A stretch of DNA of 64,000 nucleotides from Sphyrna mokarran. Lineage: Eukaryota. Below, in pieces: positions 13,048 to 25,994 of the stretch. The stretch is taken from positions 48,670,001-48,734,000 of the forward strand of contig JAGIQG010000008.1 of NCBI GenBank assembly GCA_024679065.1. Reading direction: 5' to 3'. Under the pieces are notes generated by a model that had not been told where the DNA came from, did no database searches, and was given only the letters and a program-made list of their open reading frames with translations. The translations under genes and the position numbers were made by a program. The stretch's first letter is position 1. Each line of letters begins with the position of its first letter.

Positions 13048-13209
13048 TGCTCCAGCACCTGCACAGGTGGATTTCAGCGTCGAGTGGTTGTCTGCCAAGA
13101 TGTAGAAGGACGCACCGCCAACTACTGTGATGAGAGAGCGAAGCCTGCAGAGACCAGGCACTGTGATGCTGGAACCTGTCCTCATTGGAATTACGGGAAC
13201 TGGGGAGAA
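13048..13209 (+). CDS. ADAMTS20: ADAMTS20-like coding exon (TSP1 repeat), 162 bp
   Basis: atttcag| ... |gtatgt. Translates [54 protein letters not shown]. Confidence 0.93.
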
Positions 13210-13397
13210 GTATGTATTCTGAGAATTGAATTGCATTTTCTAGAATTGACTTGATGCTTAAACATTGTGCTTCACACCTTTCAGTTCTCTGTTGAAATAC
13301 TTTATATGTACTGTTTAAGTTTTTTGAGCATGACTTTTCATGAACAGCACAATTGATCTCAATTGACATGTAGTTATCTATGATGATTGTGTGCTAT

Positions 13398-14143
13398 TGC
13401 TACAGATATATATATATACAATGTATGTGTGTACTTTTTTATGTCTTAGGGGACTGTTTTTGGAATCAACTCTATTCTACAGGCAGTTGGTGTGTCTGGA
13501 AAACATTTTAGCTGAGATGTTGGGAAAGCAAAATAATTGCTCGTTTTAGCTATGTAGTGTTTACTTAGGGTAGAAGGAATAGATTTTTTTTGGATTGAAT
13601 TTCCCCTGGCATTTTGATTAAAGGAATGGAAGGTGGGTTTAGATATGCAAAGTCACACGATGATGTGATTAATGGGAAGAGTGAGGTACAAAGCAGAAAA
13701 ACAACTTTTTACTACTTAATTGCTTAAGACAGAGCTTTTCTGAAATCTGATACTCATTCTCGCTTTCTCAAATCTTCAAGACTGTATGCATTCATAATAG
13801 ATATATTTATGGATGCTGATTGTACTTAAAGGGACATTGTAAGTCTCAAGAAGAATGTTGCTTATTTGGAATTGAAACAGTGATAAGATATAAATTAAAG
13901 TTGTTTCCTTTCATTTTTAAATATCATTCAACTATTAATAGTAAGCTGCTTCATTTGGTAGAGTTATAATTAAACTGTGTTATTAAATAAAGTTTGTTTT
14001 ACTATAAAAGATTCCTAATTTCTCAGTGGAATTGTTCCTGGAGTGAAGTATCCTTTCCTGATATTAATGTCAAAATGGAAGATTTATTGGGGTCTCATCT
14101 GGCTTCATAATATACATTGGGATTCTGGTCTGGGACCCTAACA
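13398..14143 (+). mobile_element. Probable solo LTR (Gypsy-like)
   Basis: AATAAA near 13987 followed by a U5-like end ttgggattctggtctgggaccctaaCA. The 5' boundary is uncertain and no clear TSD is seen. Confidence 0.5.
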
Positions 14144-14387
14144 TTCTAAATAATATTTTTACACTCTGCCCTTGTGCTTGGTACTTGTGTAGTCGAGACC
14201 AAGTTGCTGAAGCAATAGGCTAGATGTTCTCCCACAAAAATTTGACTTCCAAAAAAACAACTGTAATGTTTGGCTGCTCACTACCCAAACCCATTCACGA
14301 CTGCATTTAGAAAATCATCAAAACATTCTTGCAGATTTTCCATTCGGTTGATGTGTTGTTGAAATTTGTTTCTGCCTTTTGCTTTTC

Positions 14388-14645
14388 ATAGAATCCCTTC
14401 AGTGCAGAACAAGACCATTTGGCCCATTAAGTCAGTACCAATTCTCCAACAGAGCATTTTATCAAGGTCCAGCTCCTGCCCTAGTCCCATAACCACACAT
14501 ATTTATCCCATTAATCCCCCTAATCTGCATATGTTGGGACATTAGGGGGCAATTGAGCATGGCTAACACTTAACCTGCACATCTTTGGATTGTGGGAGGA
14601 AACCATGCAGACATGCATTGCATGTGCAAACTACACACTGATAGT
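14388..14645 (-). mobile_element. HE1/V-SINE, CR1-type tail, head truncated
   Basis: catagaatccc...gcaattgagcatggc...acctgcacatctttggattgtgggaggaaacc is the V-domain complement. Confidence 0.8.
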
Positions 14646-14738
14646 TGTTTGTAAACAATGAAAAAACATATTATTTAAGTCACCTGTTCAGTGGTATCAC
14701 TTGCTTGCTGTTTTGTTGATGGTGTGGATGAATTCCTG

Positions 14739-15046
14739 AGTGGCTGCACAGTGGTTAGCAGTGCTGCCTTACAGTGCCAGGGACTCAGGTTTGATTCCAG
14801 TCTCAGGTCACTGTCTGTGTGGACTCTGCACTTTCTCCCTGTGTCTGTGTGAGTTTCCTCTGGGTGCTGCGATTTCCTCCCCTCGTCTGCAAGATGTGCT
14901 GTTTTAGTGGGTTGGCCATGCTAAATTTTCCCTCAGTGTACCTGAACAGACACTGGAGTGTGGTGACTAGGGGATTTTCATAATAACTTCATTGCAGTGT
15001 TAATGTAAGCCTAGTTGTGACGAACAAATAAAACGTTAAAACTTAA
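14739..15046 (+). mobile_element. HE1/V-SINE, full length
   Basis: A-box gcacagtggttagc, B-box ggtttgattcc, V-domain core, AT-rich tail. Confidence 0.9.
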
Positions 15047-15704
15047 ATGGATTGCAGACACAATGCCCTCTTAGCTATGAAGGCACATATCCTGGCATAG
15101 GTCTGTGTAACTCATGAGTTTCTCAGGCAATCAAAGCTTTGAAATTGTTGGGTTACACAATCATGAAGTGACCTTCAGATGCCTTGCCCCTAAAAGCACT
15201 GGAATTTCTTCCCTAGCCTTTGAAACAGTTCTTAAATCTTATCTTTTGGTCATCCATCCTAATATCTCCTTAGATGGCTCTTGCCAATGTTTTTGTTTGA
15301 TAACACTCCTGTGAAGGGCCTTCATTGGAAAATTTTACAATTTAAAGGAGCTTATATAAATCCTGGTTGTTGTTGTCATTGATGGGTTGTGCTGTGTGTG
15401 AAATGACCACAGAGTCCAAAAGCAATCATTTTGCCTAATGCTTTCGAAGCTTGTATTTGATGATTGCGATATTTTGTTTACAAGCATAAAAATAAAGTTG
15501 CTGACTCCCCAACAAAATTCTATAATCAGAAAGCCAGTAAAGTCTTTGTGCCAATACAAATGACTGACTGAAGGCTGTGCAGCCCTGGCTACATATTGTG
15601 GATTTAACCTGTTGAGACACTTGAGATTATATCCCATTTTATTGCAGTTATCATTTAATCTATTGTCTGCCCCACACTCATTACGCTTTCTGATTGTTGT
15701 CCAG

Positions 15705-15881
15705 TGTACACAACCATGTGATGGTGGAATAAGGACAAGACTGGTCATCTGCCAACTTCCACACGGGCAAAGACTGAGTGACCAAAGCTGTGACATCTTG
15801 GAGAAGCCTCCAGATAGGGAACAGTGCAACATGCATCCTTGTCCTGGTGGCGTTTCATGGCATCGAGGACCATGGAATTCG
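15705..15881 (+). CDS. ADAMTS20: ADAMTS20-like coding exon (TSP1 repeat), 177 bp; last exon detected in the window
   Basis: ttgttgtccag| ... tcg|gtacga. Translates [59 protein letters not shown]. Confidence 0.92.
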
Positions 15882-18800
15882 GTACGATAGTATTCTTTCT
15901 CTTTTTCTTTCTTTGAATCTACTCACTATTAATTGCAGGGAGATGTAATTAATTTTGTTCCTGAATGTAACATAAGCAGTAGGCACACAAGTAAATTTTT
16001 ATGAAGAGAAGGAAGGGGTTAGAAGGAAAGCTGTTGCCAGGGATACATTCCACATAATTGTTCCATTTTCAGGTCAAGAACTAAGTTGGTGCTTTATGAT
16101 AAATAAAAGACATTATTAAAGTCCTGTTAACCCAACAGCCTTTGAAGAATTTGGCTTCAATCGCCACATATGCCTAATTATAGAACTAAATAGCTGGCTG
16201 GTTTTAGATGTAGAAAGGAAACATTTTTATACAGGAAAAAAGTAATGGTAATGTATGATTGTTTTCCATTGGTTTCACTTGGTTAATGGTTATCCTGTAA
16301 TCACCATGAATAATTTGTAAATTTGTGTATAGGGAGTTCTTTATTAATAGCAATGGATCAAAACAGCAACACATGAAAAGCAGATCATTTGTATAATAGT
16401 GTAATTTTGTACAGACTGTATCTTTAATGTTTGTTTTAACTATGAATGCAATAAGGAAACTTTTTTTATGCACATTTTTTAAATGCTATTTTTCTGAGGG
16501 TGCTATTAATATCCACAGACACACGTTAAGGTCTGTATGCAAAAAAGCAACAAGAGCAAAAATTGCACAATGGAAATGATGTGGGATTTGCTGTAATAAA
16601 CCCTCTTCTCATTTCACAATCTAATGCAATGTATAACAAATGCAGATTGTACCTGGATGGCAGAATATAATTAAAGTAACTTAGCTCTATTATATATATA
16701 TAAAATACTTCAAATGGAAGATGAGTATTTAACTCATTATTGATGAACACTCGTTTTAAGTTCACCAAGGAGTTGGATTCCATTCCCTTGGGCCTATTCC
16801 TTGCTGACAACCTCCAGTCACAGTTGGTGGATACTCCATTAGTGTCAGAGGCAATATTCTGACACAAAAGGGCAGTGACCCATATACACTACATGAGGAA
16901 AGTTGTAAACAACATATGTACAAAAGTACCTGACACTTGAGGGCAAACTACCTCAGGATACATTGAATTGAAGAGAATCAGATCAGTGCTGTAGGAACTA
17001 TTCTTTTTACTGCATTGGAAATGACTTAGTGACCACAAGTTTCATTGTGGTTACTTGTTTGTAGCATTTAACAGATGAATACCTCTCAACCTGCTGATCC
17101 AGGTACAATAGAACAAATTGCAAAATACCTCCATTCACTTGCGGTGATGCAACTTTTGATACTTCCTTTGTACCAGGATTGTGAAAATTTTTAACCATAC
17201 TTTGTGCTTTCTGTTGACACTCAACACTGCCGTGCTTGGAGTTCTTGCAGACTACAAGCAACTGATCCTTTCATTAAACTAATTGCAAGTGTAGTAAAAT
17301 CTTTCTTTTCCTGTTTTGCCTTTTAAGGTATATAGTTATAAGACAATTATTGTATATTTGCTTATACAGAAGATGGGTAAGCAGTTGGATATGTTACTTC
17401 TTTGGCCTGTTTATATTGGTTACATTGGTAAAGTCACTTTCAGCTATGGTTGCAGCAAGTTTCTCTTGCTGACAACTCAACATTTCACCTTAGTGGTCAG
17501 TGTGTCATTATCCTTTAACTATTACCAAATAAAATGCATTAAAATGCATTAAGTTTGCTATCTTTATGTCAAACTGTGATTTTATAAATCAATTGATTAC
17601 ATGTTATAAGTCAAGGATCAATATTTTTTACTTAATCTTTGAATAATTTCCTTCCCGATCAGATTTCTTTTTAAATTCCCGATCATCCCTTATTCTGAAT
17701 ATGACTATCTGACGTTGTTAGAACCCTATTAAGTCAGTCAGTTTTATGTTAATTTTTAACCTCCAATTCTTCATATATTTGATTTAAGCCCTCTTCCCTC
17801 ATAAGAATACAATTGCTATTCCTCATCAGAATAAGCCGAAGATATCACAGCGTCCTTGAACGTTGATTATGAAACCAGAATGTTAGAGCCCTTTAAGGAA
17901 ATTGATTGCTCATTTTAAATTCACTAGGAAATATAAGAGGTGTTTGAGTGTATTGCTACATAAAAACTGACCTCATAATTACCCATTCATAGGCCATCAT
18001 TGCAAAGGCTTTGTCCAGGCAGATTATTTTATTCCTCTTGAATGAGAAAAGAAGCTTAATATTATTGCAGTAGCAGTGAAGATTATCAAAGACTGGAAAA
18101 AAATATTAGCAAAGACTTCGCTGAAGTATGTGCCAATCTTTAGTTATTTGATCGCAAATGGATATAGTTGGATAACCATCAAAAGTGACACTCTTTTTCT
18201 CATATTAGTCAAGAAAATAACCCAAAAGACTTGCTCAAGGTGCTGAAATAAAGTCATCATTTTCATGGAAAGAATTTTGACCAAGCTTTCTAAATCCACA
18301 TGAAGCTCTCGTTTTAGGTGTGTTAATGATGAAAATGTGATGCTCTCCTCACCACTCAGACCCAAATGAAAAAGGTTAAGAAAATGCTTTTCAACAAAGA
18401 AATTGTTAAGTTTTGTTCAATTGAGCAGATTGAAAAGTAACTTGAAGACCTCACTTTGCCAGCCAGGTATCATGCTCAAGTAGCCAGCAACAACCATGTT
18501 CTCTGTCAGTGATGGATTGCAAATAATAATTACTTGTTCACTCAGCAGCGTGATTTGCATTTTGATTTGCTTTTTTGTCAGTTTGTCCTGTGTTTCTCAA
18601 GTCAAATATTGTGATCTTCCTGTTTTCTGTTTGCTAACATTCGTGTGTTCACGATGCAATTTATTTTTGTTGGCTAGTGCTTCTATTTAATACACTCTTC
18701 ATTTCTTGTTACTTGTAAATTATGATGCACAACTTGCCTTAGGTGCTCTGAGCAAGGTCTCTATGGATAAGCCCACCTTTGCCCATCCAAAATAACCAGT

Positions 18801-19329
18801 AGATAAAATGTTGCATCATCAGCGTTGAAGACACTTAAAATCCTTTTTTTTAAAGTGTATTTATTTTTACATTCTTTCAGTGATAATATTTATTTTAGAT
18901 GACATATGGAAAAATAATTACTTTGTTCACAAACTTATTTTCAAATTGTAAAATATTAAAGAGTACAATATTGTAGAATTTATCTGGTGTTTTTATTATG
19001 GTGCAAACTATTGAAATCTTCAATAAGTCATTTGTCAAAACTAGTTTCATTAGACCATGGTTCAATGGTTTGGTCCACATTTCAGAAGTCGATTACCTGC
19101 AAGTTGTTGGTCTTTCAATGGTCTTTGATTGCAGCATCTTGGGTAAAAGCTTCCACTTTATGAAATGCCCTTTCTTCCCTGTTTCCCAACATGCAGTCAC
19201 TTCAGTTTAAGGGACCATATCCTTTGAATTTTGTGCAGCAGCTCTGCAAGGGCTCGCTGCTCTCAATTCAACATTATGGTGACGGCACATAACTTAAACA
19301 ACATAGTGAATTACCTCTGAGCTCAGTTG

Positions 19330-19540
19330 CCTCCACAACACCAGTGACAGACCAGTGCCATCTGCATGGAGACCTGCCACTGATATGTACCACAGAGATG
19401 GTACTGCCAGTGGCAATCAAGATGGTCGTTCCCCATAATCTTTCTACCTTTGCTTTATCTGACAGATGGCACTAACATTGACCAGTGTATTTCCCAAATT
19501 AGGAGGGTCAATGATGACAGCAACATGGCCATTCTGGTCT
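19330..19540 (+). mobile_element. PIF/Harbinger transposase relic
   Basis: One frame reads LHGDLPLICTTEMVLPVAIKMVVPHN (cf. LQGDL...ALPVAVKVTVALNF). A later segment resembles a degenerate FPxVxGAIDxTHVA. Confidence 0.5.
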
Positions 19541-21009
19541 TTATCTTTCACCACACATCATTTCCTCTGCTGTGTGCTGTGATTATACAGAAATAATGAG
19601 ACAGAGACAGATCAACTGGTTTTTTAAACCTGCCACACACTGGTGCTGATGGTGAGAGTATTATGACCACACACTTTCTGCCATCCAACAGCCATCCAAC
19701 CACCTCAGAGGAATAAGAAAAACTCAGGGCCAATAAGGGGGGAAAAAAAAAGCTGCTGTGAAAATTTCTCTCTGGCCCCATTGGGTGGTCTAAACCACCC
19801 CAAGAGATTAAACATGATACCTGTAAAGTCACTTACTTTCTATATGATTTTTAAAAAATTACCCCATTTCTGAAGTTACAAAGCGAATACATATAATGTA
19901 CAGGGCAAACTCTTAATCCATCTTCAAAAACCAAATCAAATTTAAATTGAATCCAATTCATGGTCCCCACAAGAGAGAAATACAAGATCAAAACTGACAA
20001 GAAAAGGCATTACATCCCATTTTGGATTTGATTGGGCATTTAATCTTAGTCAAAAGGCAGTGAAGATGAGGTGAAGATGTGCGGAGAGTCAGCATTCACC
20101 ATTTAAAAATTAATGAGGTTCTCCCAGTCCAACTTTCTGAAGCTTTGTAACCAGTTTCACTGTGATGATTGCAGTACTGTTAATGTTTAATAATGATGAA
20201 CTAGATAGAGAGTACTGAGAGTTCTGAGCCACGGCTCTGCTTTCCAGGGTTTATAAATGTTAGGTTGTTAACTCCACAGTGCAAAGTTTAATTCTGTGAT
20301 GTTTGTGTGAGGTTGGGAGTAAGTGACAAAGCAGATGAAGCATAACAGCAGAATGATATGATCATGAGCTTTACCCTTCCCCTCTTCTTCCATATAGTTT
20401 TATACCAAGATGGTAGCCCTCCTCCTATGGAACCAAAGGCTTATAATTTGCAACAATTCTTCTGCAATCGATTTCTGTTCCCTTGTATTATGTGGCCTCT
20501 TTCCATATCAGCAGGAAACTCACTTTGACAGGTTGTTAATTCTGAGGGTCACAGCACAAAAGGAGATCATTTGGCCCAGCAAATCTATGTTGGCGGAATG
20601 GGTGGTCAGTGCTAGTTGATAGGCTGGAAAACCTGCAGCACTTCTAGTATAGCTGAGATGATGTAAACATATGGAAAACCCTTTCAAGGTACCAGTAACC
20701 CAAATCTCCAAAAAATAGTTTGCAGCCAGAACATATTGGAGTGTGATAGCAATAACAGTACATTGCAGCCTCTTGCCATATCAGTAGGGAAGGCATTGTA
20801 TAATGCTAATTGTATCATTTGAAGTTAAGTATATGCAGGCAGACAACACTGGACGATTACTTGAGCACACATAATGTGATACTTACTGACATGAGTAGAA
20901 TGGAGTCAGCAGATAAATGCCTGTAATATCTCACTCTGTAAATAAATCAAATACACAAAGATTGGCTTTGGATTCTTCCTTTACTAACTTGGCTATTTAC
21001 TTTCATTCT

Positions 21010-21230
21010 TATATTGAATGTGGGTATTACTGGCCACATCAGCATTTGTTGCCCTTGAGAAGATGGTGGTGAGTTGTCTTCTTGAATCACTGCAGTCCGT
21101 GCTGTTAGGGAGGGAATTCCAGTATTTTGACCCAGTGACAGTGACAGAATGGCACTATATTTGCAGGATGTTAAGTGGCTTGAGATATGGAAGCTTGCAA
21201 GTGGTAGTGTTTCCAGGTCTTTCAGGGATA
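21010..21230 (-). mobile_element. CR1-like LINE 3' end fragment
   Basis: cagcatttgttgcccttgagaagatggtggtgag...gggagggaattccagtattttgacccag; same family as 39370-40040. Confidence 0.65.
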
Positions 21231-22231
21231 TAATAGTGTGAGAGGTTAGTAAGGGCCAGTGGCAAATGTAGCCTATGTTAGTAACCAACACTATGTGACA
21301 AGCCTTACTTAGGTCTTTTATCTGGTACTAGAAACATTGTCGATTGTAGCCTTGGCAACTTCCTCAAGCTGTGCCGTCTTTTTCCACATCTGTTAACAAG
21401 TCTTATGAATGGCAAACATGTTGAACTGCTGCCATCTGGAGAAAATACCTGGAATGCATAACAGGCCACCCAGACCAACATCCTTACTTTACCGCATAAC
21501 AACCAGGCGTTCTGTTGTAAACACTTGGAAGTTACTGCCTGAATCCCCTTAATCAACAAAATAATTTAGATTTTAAGGGCATCAAAATGTAAACCTTGCC
21601 GTTTTTGGTGACTGAAATGGAGTAACTTTGCATGGCACTATAAACATTTCCAGAGCAGGAAATGAATGCTATTTTTAAACAGACCAATATCACAAATGTG
21701 CTTTGAGATTCAGCCCTGATTTTTCTAATAGGGCAGGATCATTCTGCCAAAGAGGTCTCGGCAAGCAACAGATCATATCAGAGGATTTTACAGCCTTGCC
21801 CGTCTCAAAACTCTAAAATCCTACCCAAGGTTAATGGTCCTTTCTATTATCTACACGTCACCTGCTCTGATTCCGACGGCAGGCGGGGCGGTAAAACTCC
21901 AGCCATATAGTGGGGACTCCTCATCAATTCCCACCTCAAATCTGACAGAAATCACTAGATGTATCGGCTGGCAGGAGATCACTGCTCGTGATTGCAGGAG
22001 CTGATCCCAGTAGTGGTAAGGCAGACAGAAGGGGTGTCACTCACAATTGAAGAAACTGAAATATGGGGGTGGTGGTGTGCGTTAGGGCTTTTTTGTGGGG
22101 TCCAAAGCTGTTCTTCCTGGCCATCAAGGAAACTTGGAAGTATTTTTCAAAAATACAGCTTGGAATTTCTGGACCAGCAATCCAACTTCTGGCAAGTTGG
22201 CTTTGAAGAGAAATCATCATTGTTTTCCACC

Positions 22232-22312
22232 ACAGCATCATTTGAAATAGCAGATCAGAATCTTCCATGACACCATTGCAAGATCGTGATCTGCTATTTC
22301 AAGTGATGCTGT
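22232..22312. repeat. Inverted repeat / 81-nt hairpin
   Basis: acagcatcatttgaaatagcagatca versus tgatctgctatttcaagtgatgctgt: 25 of 26 positions Watson-Crick, the other a G:U pair. Confidence 0.95.
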
Positions 22313-23839
22313 ACAAATTCCAAGTTGACATGGGATGGGTACCCTTTGCCTTTGCTTGCACCCTCTCTTGTTGCTTTGCTGGTCAGCTTCAGAGCCAAAT
22401 GGATTCACTCTTGTGTTAGCAATGAACTGCTACCAGAATTGGGGCTAATCCCTACAACTCTCTGAAACTGACCAACTGAGGATGGCAGGCCAATTTGTCA
22501 TGGTCCAACCTAATGAGACCTGTGCAACAGCAGAATGATCCTGTGATTCAGATCCCATTCCATTTCTAGACTCAAGTGTAGAAGCTGCAGACGTCTAAGT
22601 GAAGCACATAAAGTGGCTAAGTAAATGATCTCCATTAATAGGAATTGACTTTGGAAGTCCAGAAAAGACATGGTATCAATGAAACTTCGATTTCATTTAT
22701 GACGAGGACAAAAAGGATAAGCAAAAATTTGACTGACTAGGCAATATTCAAGAAAATATGGCATTTGTAATCTTGTTTTCAATTAGATCATCTTTTTTGG
22801 TGAGTTATCAATTAAATGTGATTCTTTTGCTGTAATTCAAGAGAGGCTTTTTAAGTAAGATGTTATACAATGATCACCTTCTCTCTCAGAATGTTTACTG
22901 AGGAAAATTGCTCTGAACCATGACAGAAACATAGCCTGAAGCATTTGTTTGTCTTCAGAGCATTTAAATAGTTGTCATTGTTTTGTTTTGAAAATATATA
23001 AGAGAGAATTACTGACAGCAGCACATTAATGAAGTGGTAAATCCCCGTGGAACCAACCTGCTCTTCAGCTATGTTAGACTTATCTCACGGAGATATGGGG
23101 ATTGTTTTAATTGAGGACAAGTGGGGTTGTGGAAGGTGAGGGAACTCCCCACCCCCTCTGTGGGGAATATAGCTTCAGGCCTGGGCTAATTTGAACGATT
23201 GAGAATGGTTTCTCTCCTGTTGCTGACATCCGAGTTGGTAGAATAGGAGCAAGACTTGGGTCAAGACCCAAGGGAATGATCCTCCGCATGGTTAACATTT
23301 AGTAAGAGGCTTTGGCAGCTGATAATGATGCCAGGAAGGGACTGACAAATCCAGAGTTGAGAAATTGCAGGGTATGTGAGGGAAGAGATGGTGATTGGCA
23401 GCATTCCAGTTCCCACATGAACCTGACAAAAAGAACACTTTTAAAAAATAATTCTTCACCTCTGATGGCACATAGACACTCCAGCCATAGTGCAACTATC
23501 AGATTGATCTTGTGTGGATCTTGCAAATGTAGGTTGAAATGTCCTTGAGCATTGATGTTACCACTGGGCCATGGCTTTTAGATGTCAGTCAGGCCTCATC
23601 TTCCAACAGTGAGAGCTTCAAATTTGGTGAAGGTGGATTGACACTGTGCAGGTAAGAAGACAGGGATGATTATATCCCTTTCACACATTCTTCCCATGAA
23701 TGGAGGGAGTTACAATCCGCTCTCCCACCCACACCACTCCCTCCGCATCCCCCCTCCCCCCCGACAACATTTCAAACAATGTAAGTCAGGCCAGTGTCAC
23801 TACTTCATGCATTTTTTGAGTAAAAGTACTTCCAAAATC

Positions 23840-24410
23840 AGAGAATGGCACTGAAGGCCATTCTGCCTGTTGAGTCCACGCTGACTTTCTGCTGGAGCAA
23901 TTTAGCTAGTTCCACTCCCCCTCAGTTTCCCTATGGTGCTGCTAATGTTTTCTCTTCATGTCCTTATCTCATTCCTTTTTGAAAGCCTCAATTGTATTTG
24001 TCTCCACCATACACTCAGGCAGCGATTTCTTTGGCAATCACTTTAAAATGGTGTCCTTTGGTTCGAGACCCTTCCACAGAAGGGAACAATTCTTCTCAAA
24101 TACCTCTGTAGAGTTTTCATGAGTTTTGAACACTTCCTGTTAAATTCCTTTTCAACATTTCATAAGGAGAGCAACTCCAGCTTTTCCAACTATCTACAGA
24201 GCTGGAGTCACTCATTCTCAAAACACTTTTCTGCATCCTGCCATAATCCTTTACTTCCTTTCGAAAGTGTAATGCCCAGAATTGGACACAATATTGCAGT
24301 ACTGCAAAAATCCAATGTTTTATAAAGGCTCATCATAACTTCCTTACCTTTGTACTGTTTTCTCAACTTGTCACCTTGATCAATTTGTGCACATATACCC
24401 CAGCTCTCAT
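23840..24410 (-). mobile_element. Decayed CR1 3' fragment
   Basis: gcccagaattggacacaatattgcag is the complement of the LEYCVQFW region; CR1-like 3' end. Confidence 0.6.
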
Positions 24411-25994
24411 TTATAATACTGCTTAATCAATTTTAGCCCAACAGTATTTCAACCACCTCCACTTCCACTGTGTGTAGTAGCATTTTCCTCCTTGATAAGG
24501 ACATTTGGAATTTTTTAGTTTGGGAGTTTAAAGTTCATGTAAGCAGATCTAAAATAGCTAGAAGTCATGAATTAGCATGTGTGTAATATGCTCTAAATGT
24601 ATCCATTTACATAGGATGGAGTCCTCTGATCCCTCTAGTAATGGGAAGTTTAGGAATTCTGTTCCAAGGATCTTAAAGGTGAGTCAAGCTTCCTGACAAA
24701 CGATGATAGGAAGCCCTTGTTGACACATTAGAAGGTCATGCATGTTCAGTAAAAGATCACCTTGCCAGAATTAGGTTTCCCCTCCAAACTAAGCTCCCTG
24801 CCAGTGAGTTATTGTAAAGTTAACTTTTACGGCTGCACATAGCTAGTGTGTATGACTTCTTCCACAACTTTAAGGTGAGCAGATGCTGTTTCCATCTTTT
24901 TGGAGACCAGTCACAACTTGACGCATACCAGGTAGCGGTAACAAAAGTTGTGCTGAGAAAGAACATGAGAGATGGGAGGAGGGAGGCAGTCAAGGAGCCC
25001 TTTAAGTATGGACCTTGGCCTCATGAGGTAATAGCAGCAAGAGTTATTTCTTGCCTCACCCTGTCACGACTATGCATGAATGTATGTTTAATAGCTAACC
25101 TTTGCAGGATCATGCATGGTCAGCTGACTTGCACCAGCAGCAGAAAACACTGTGACTTCCATGTATTCCATCAAACTTAGACTTCAGAATGGAAGTTTCC
25201 ATCCAGAAAATGAACTTTACAAAGAAAATCTAAAATATTCAGCAAAATTGATGACTGGCAGGTGCAACTCAATTTCTTTTACAAATTACTAAAGATTTTT
25301 TTGCCTCTATAAAAATTAAACATAGGCTTTTTGACCATCTGGAATTGTCATATTGAACTGATTTATAACCAAGACTTCATTAATGTGTCTGCACAGGAGT
25401 GTCATGACATTGCCTTGATATTGATATGGTTGTCAAGTTGCATCATCTTTAGAATGAGATGATGTGTAAACTACTTTTAATGGAAAACATATATCTTTGA
25501 CTTCCACAGCCAAAGTTTCAGTCTTCAGTTAAGCCACAAGGATTTACTTATCTGGAAAGAAATGCTTCTTGTAAATAGCCGACCCATAATGTTGTTTCAA
25601 ATGAGCCTGAAATTTCCCAATCTTACAACTCAAGACATCTACTGATTTCCTTTTCCTTTTGTAGATTAATAATTATCTATTTACCTCTCATTAGCAGCTA
25701 TGCCTTTAGCCATTTTGACTTTGTGCTCTTGCATTCCTTCAGCAAAACTGTCCTCCGTCCTCCTCTTATTACCCACTGCAATGGCCAAAACTTTAATCAC
25801 CATTCCTTTGTGTTATTGCACCTTGGTGAATTATGTTGAATATTTTTCTGCTGATAAAGATGTTTGAAGGATAGGTGTAATAATTGACTTGATGAAATTT
25901 TCTTTCTGACCTAGCCTATTCTCTATCTGTATTAATCTTCTAAGATATGAAGTGAATTCACATGGAAACCTCTTGCTCTTGAGCCTTGAAATAA

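Noticed and set aside
12941-15832. Antisense ORFs 12941-13369 and 15335-15832 (also 11624-11962)
   Set aside because: Shadows of real exons with no recognisable domains.
17780-18500. Possible Penelope or other transposon coding relic
   Set aside because: Only faint motif resemblance (IPHQ, YCSSSEDY); it cannot be supported without an HMM search.
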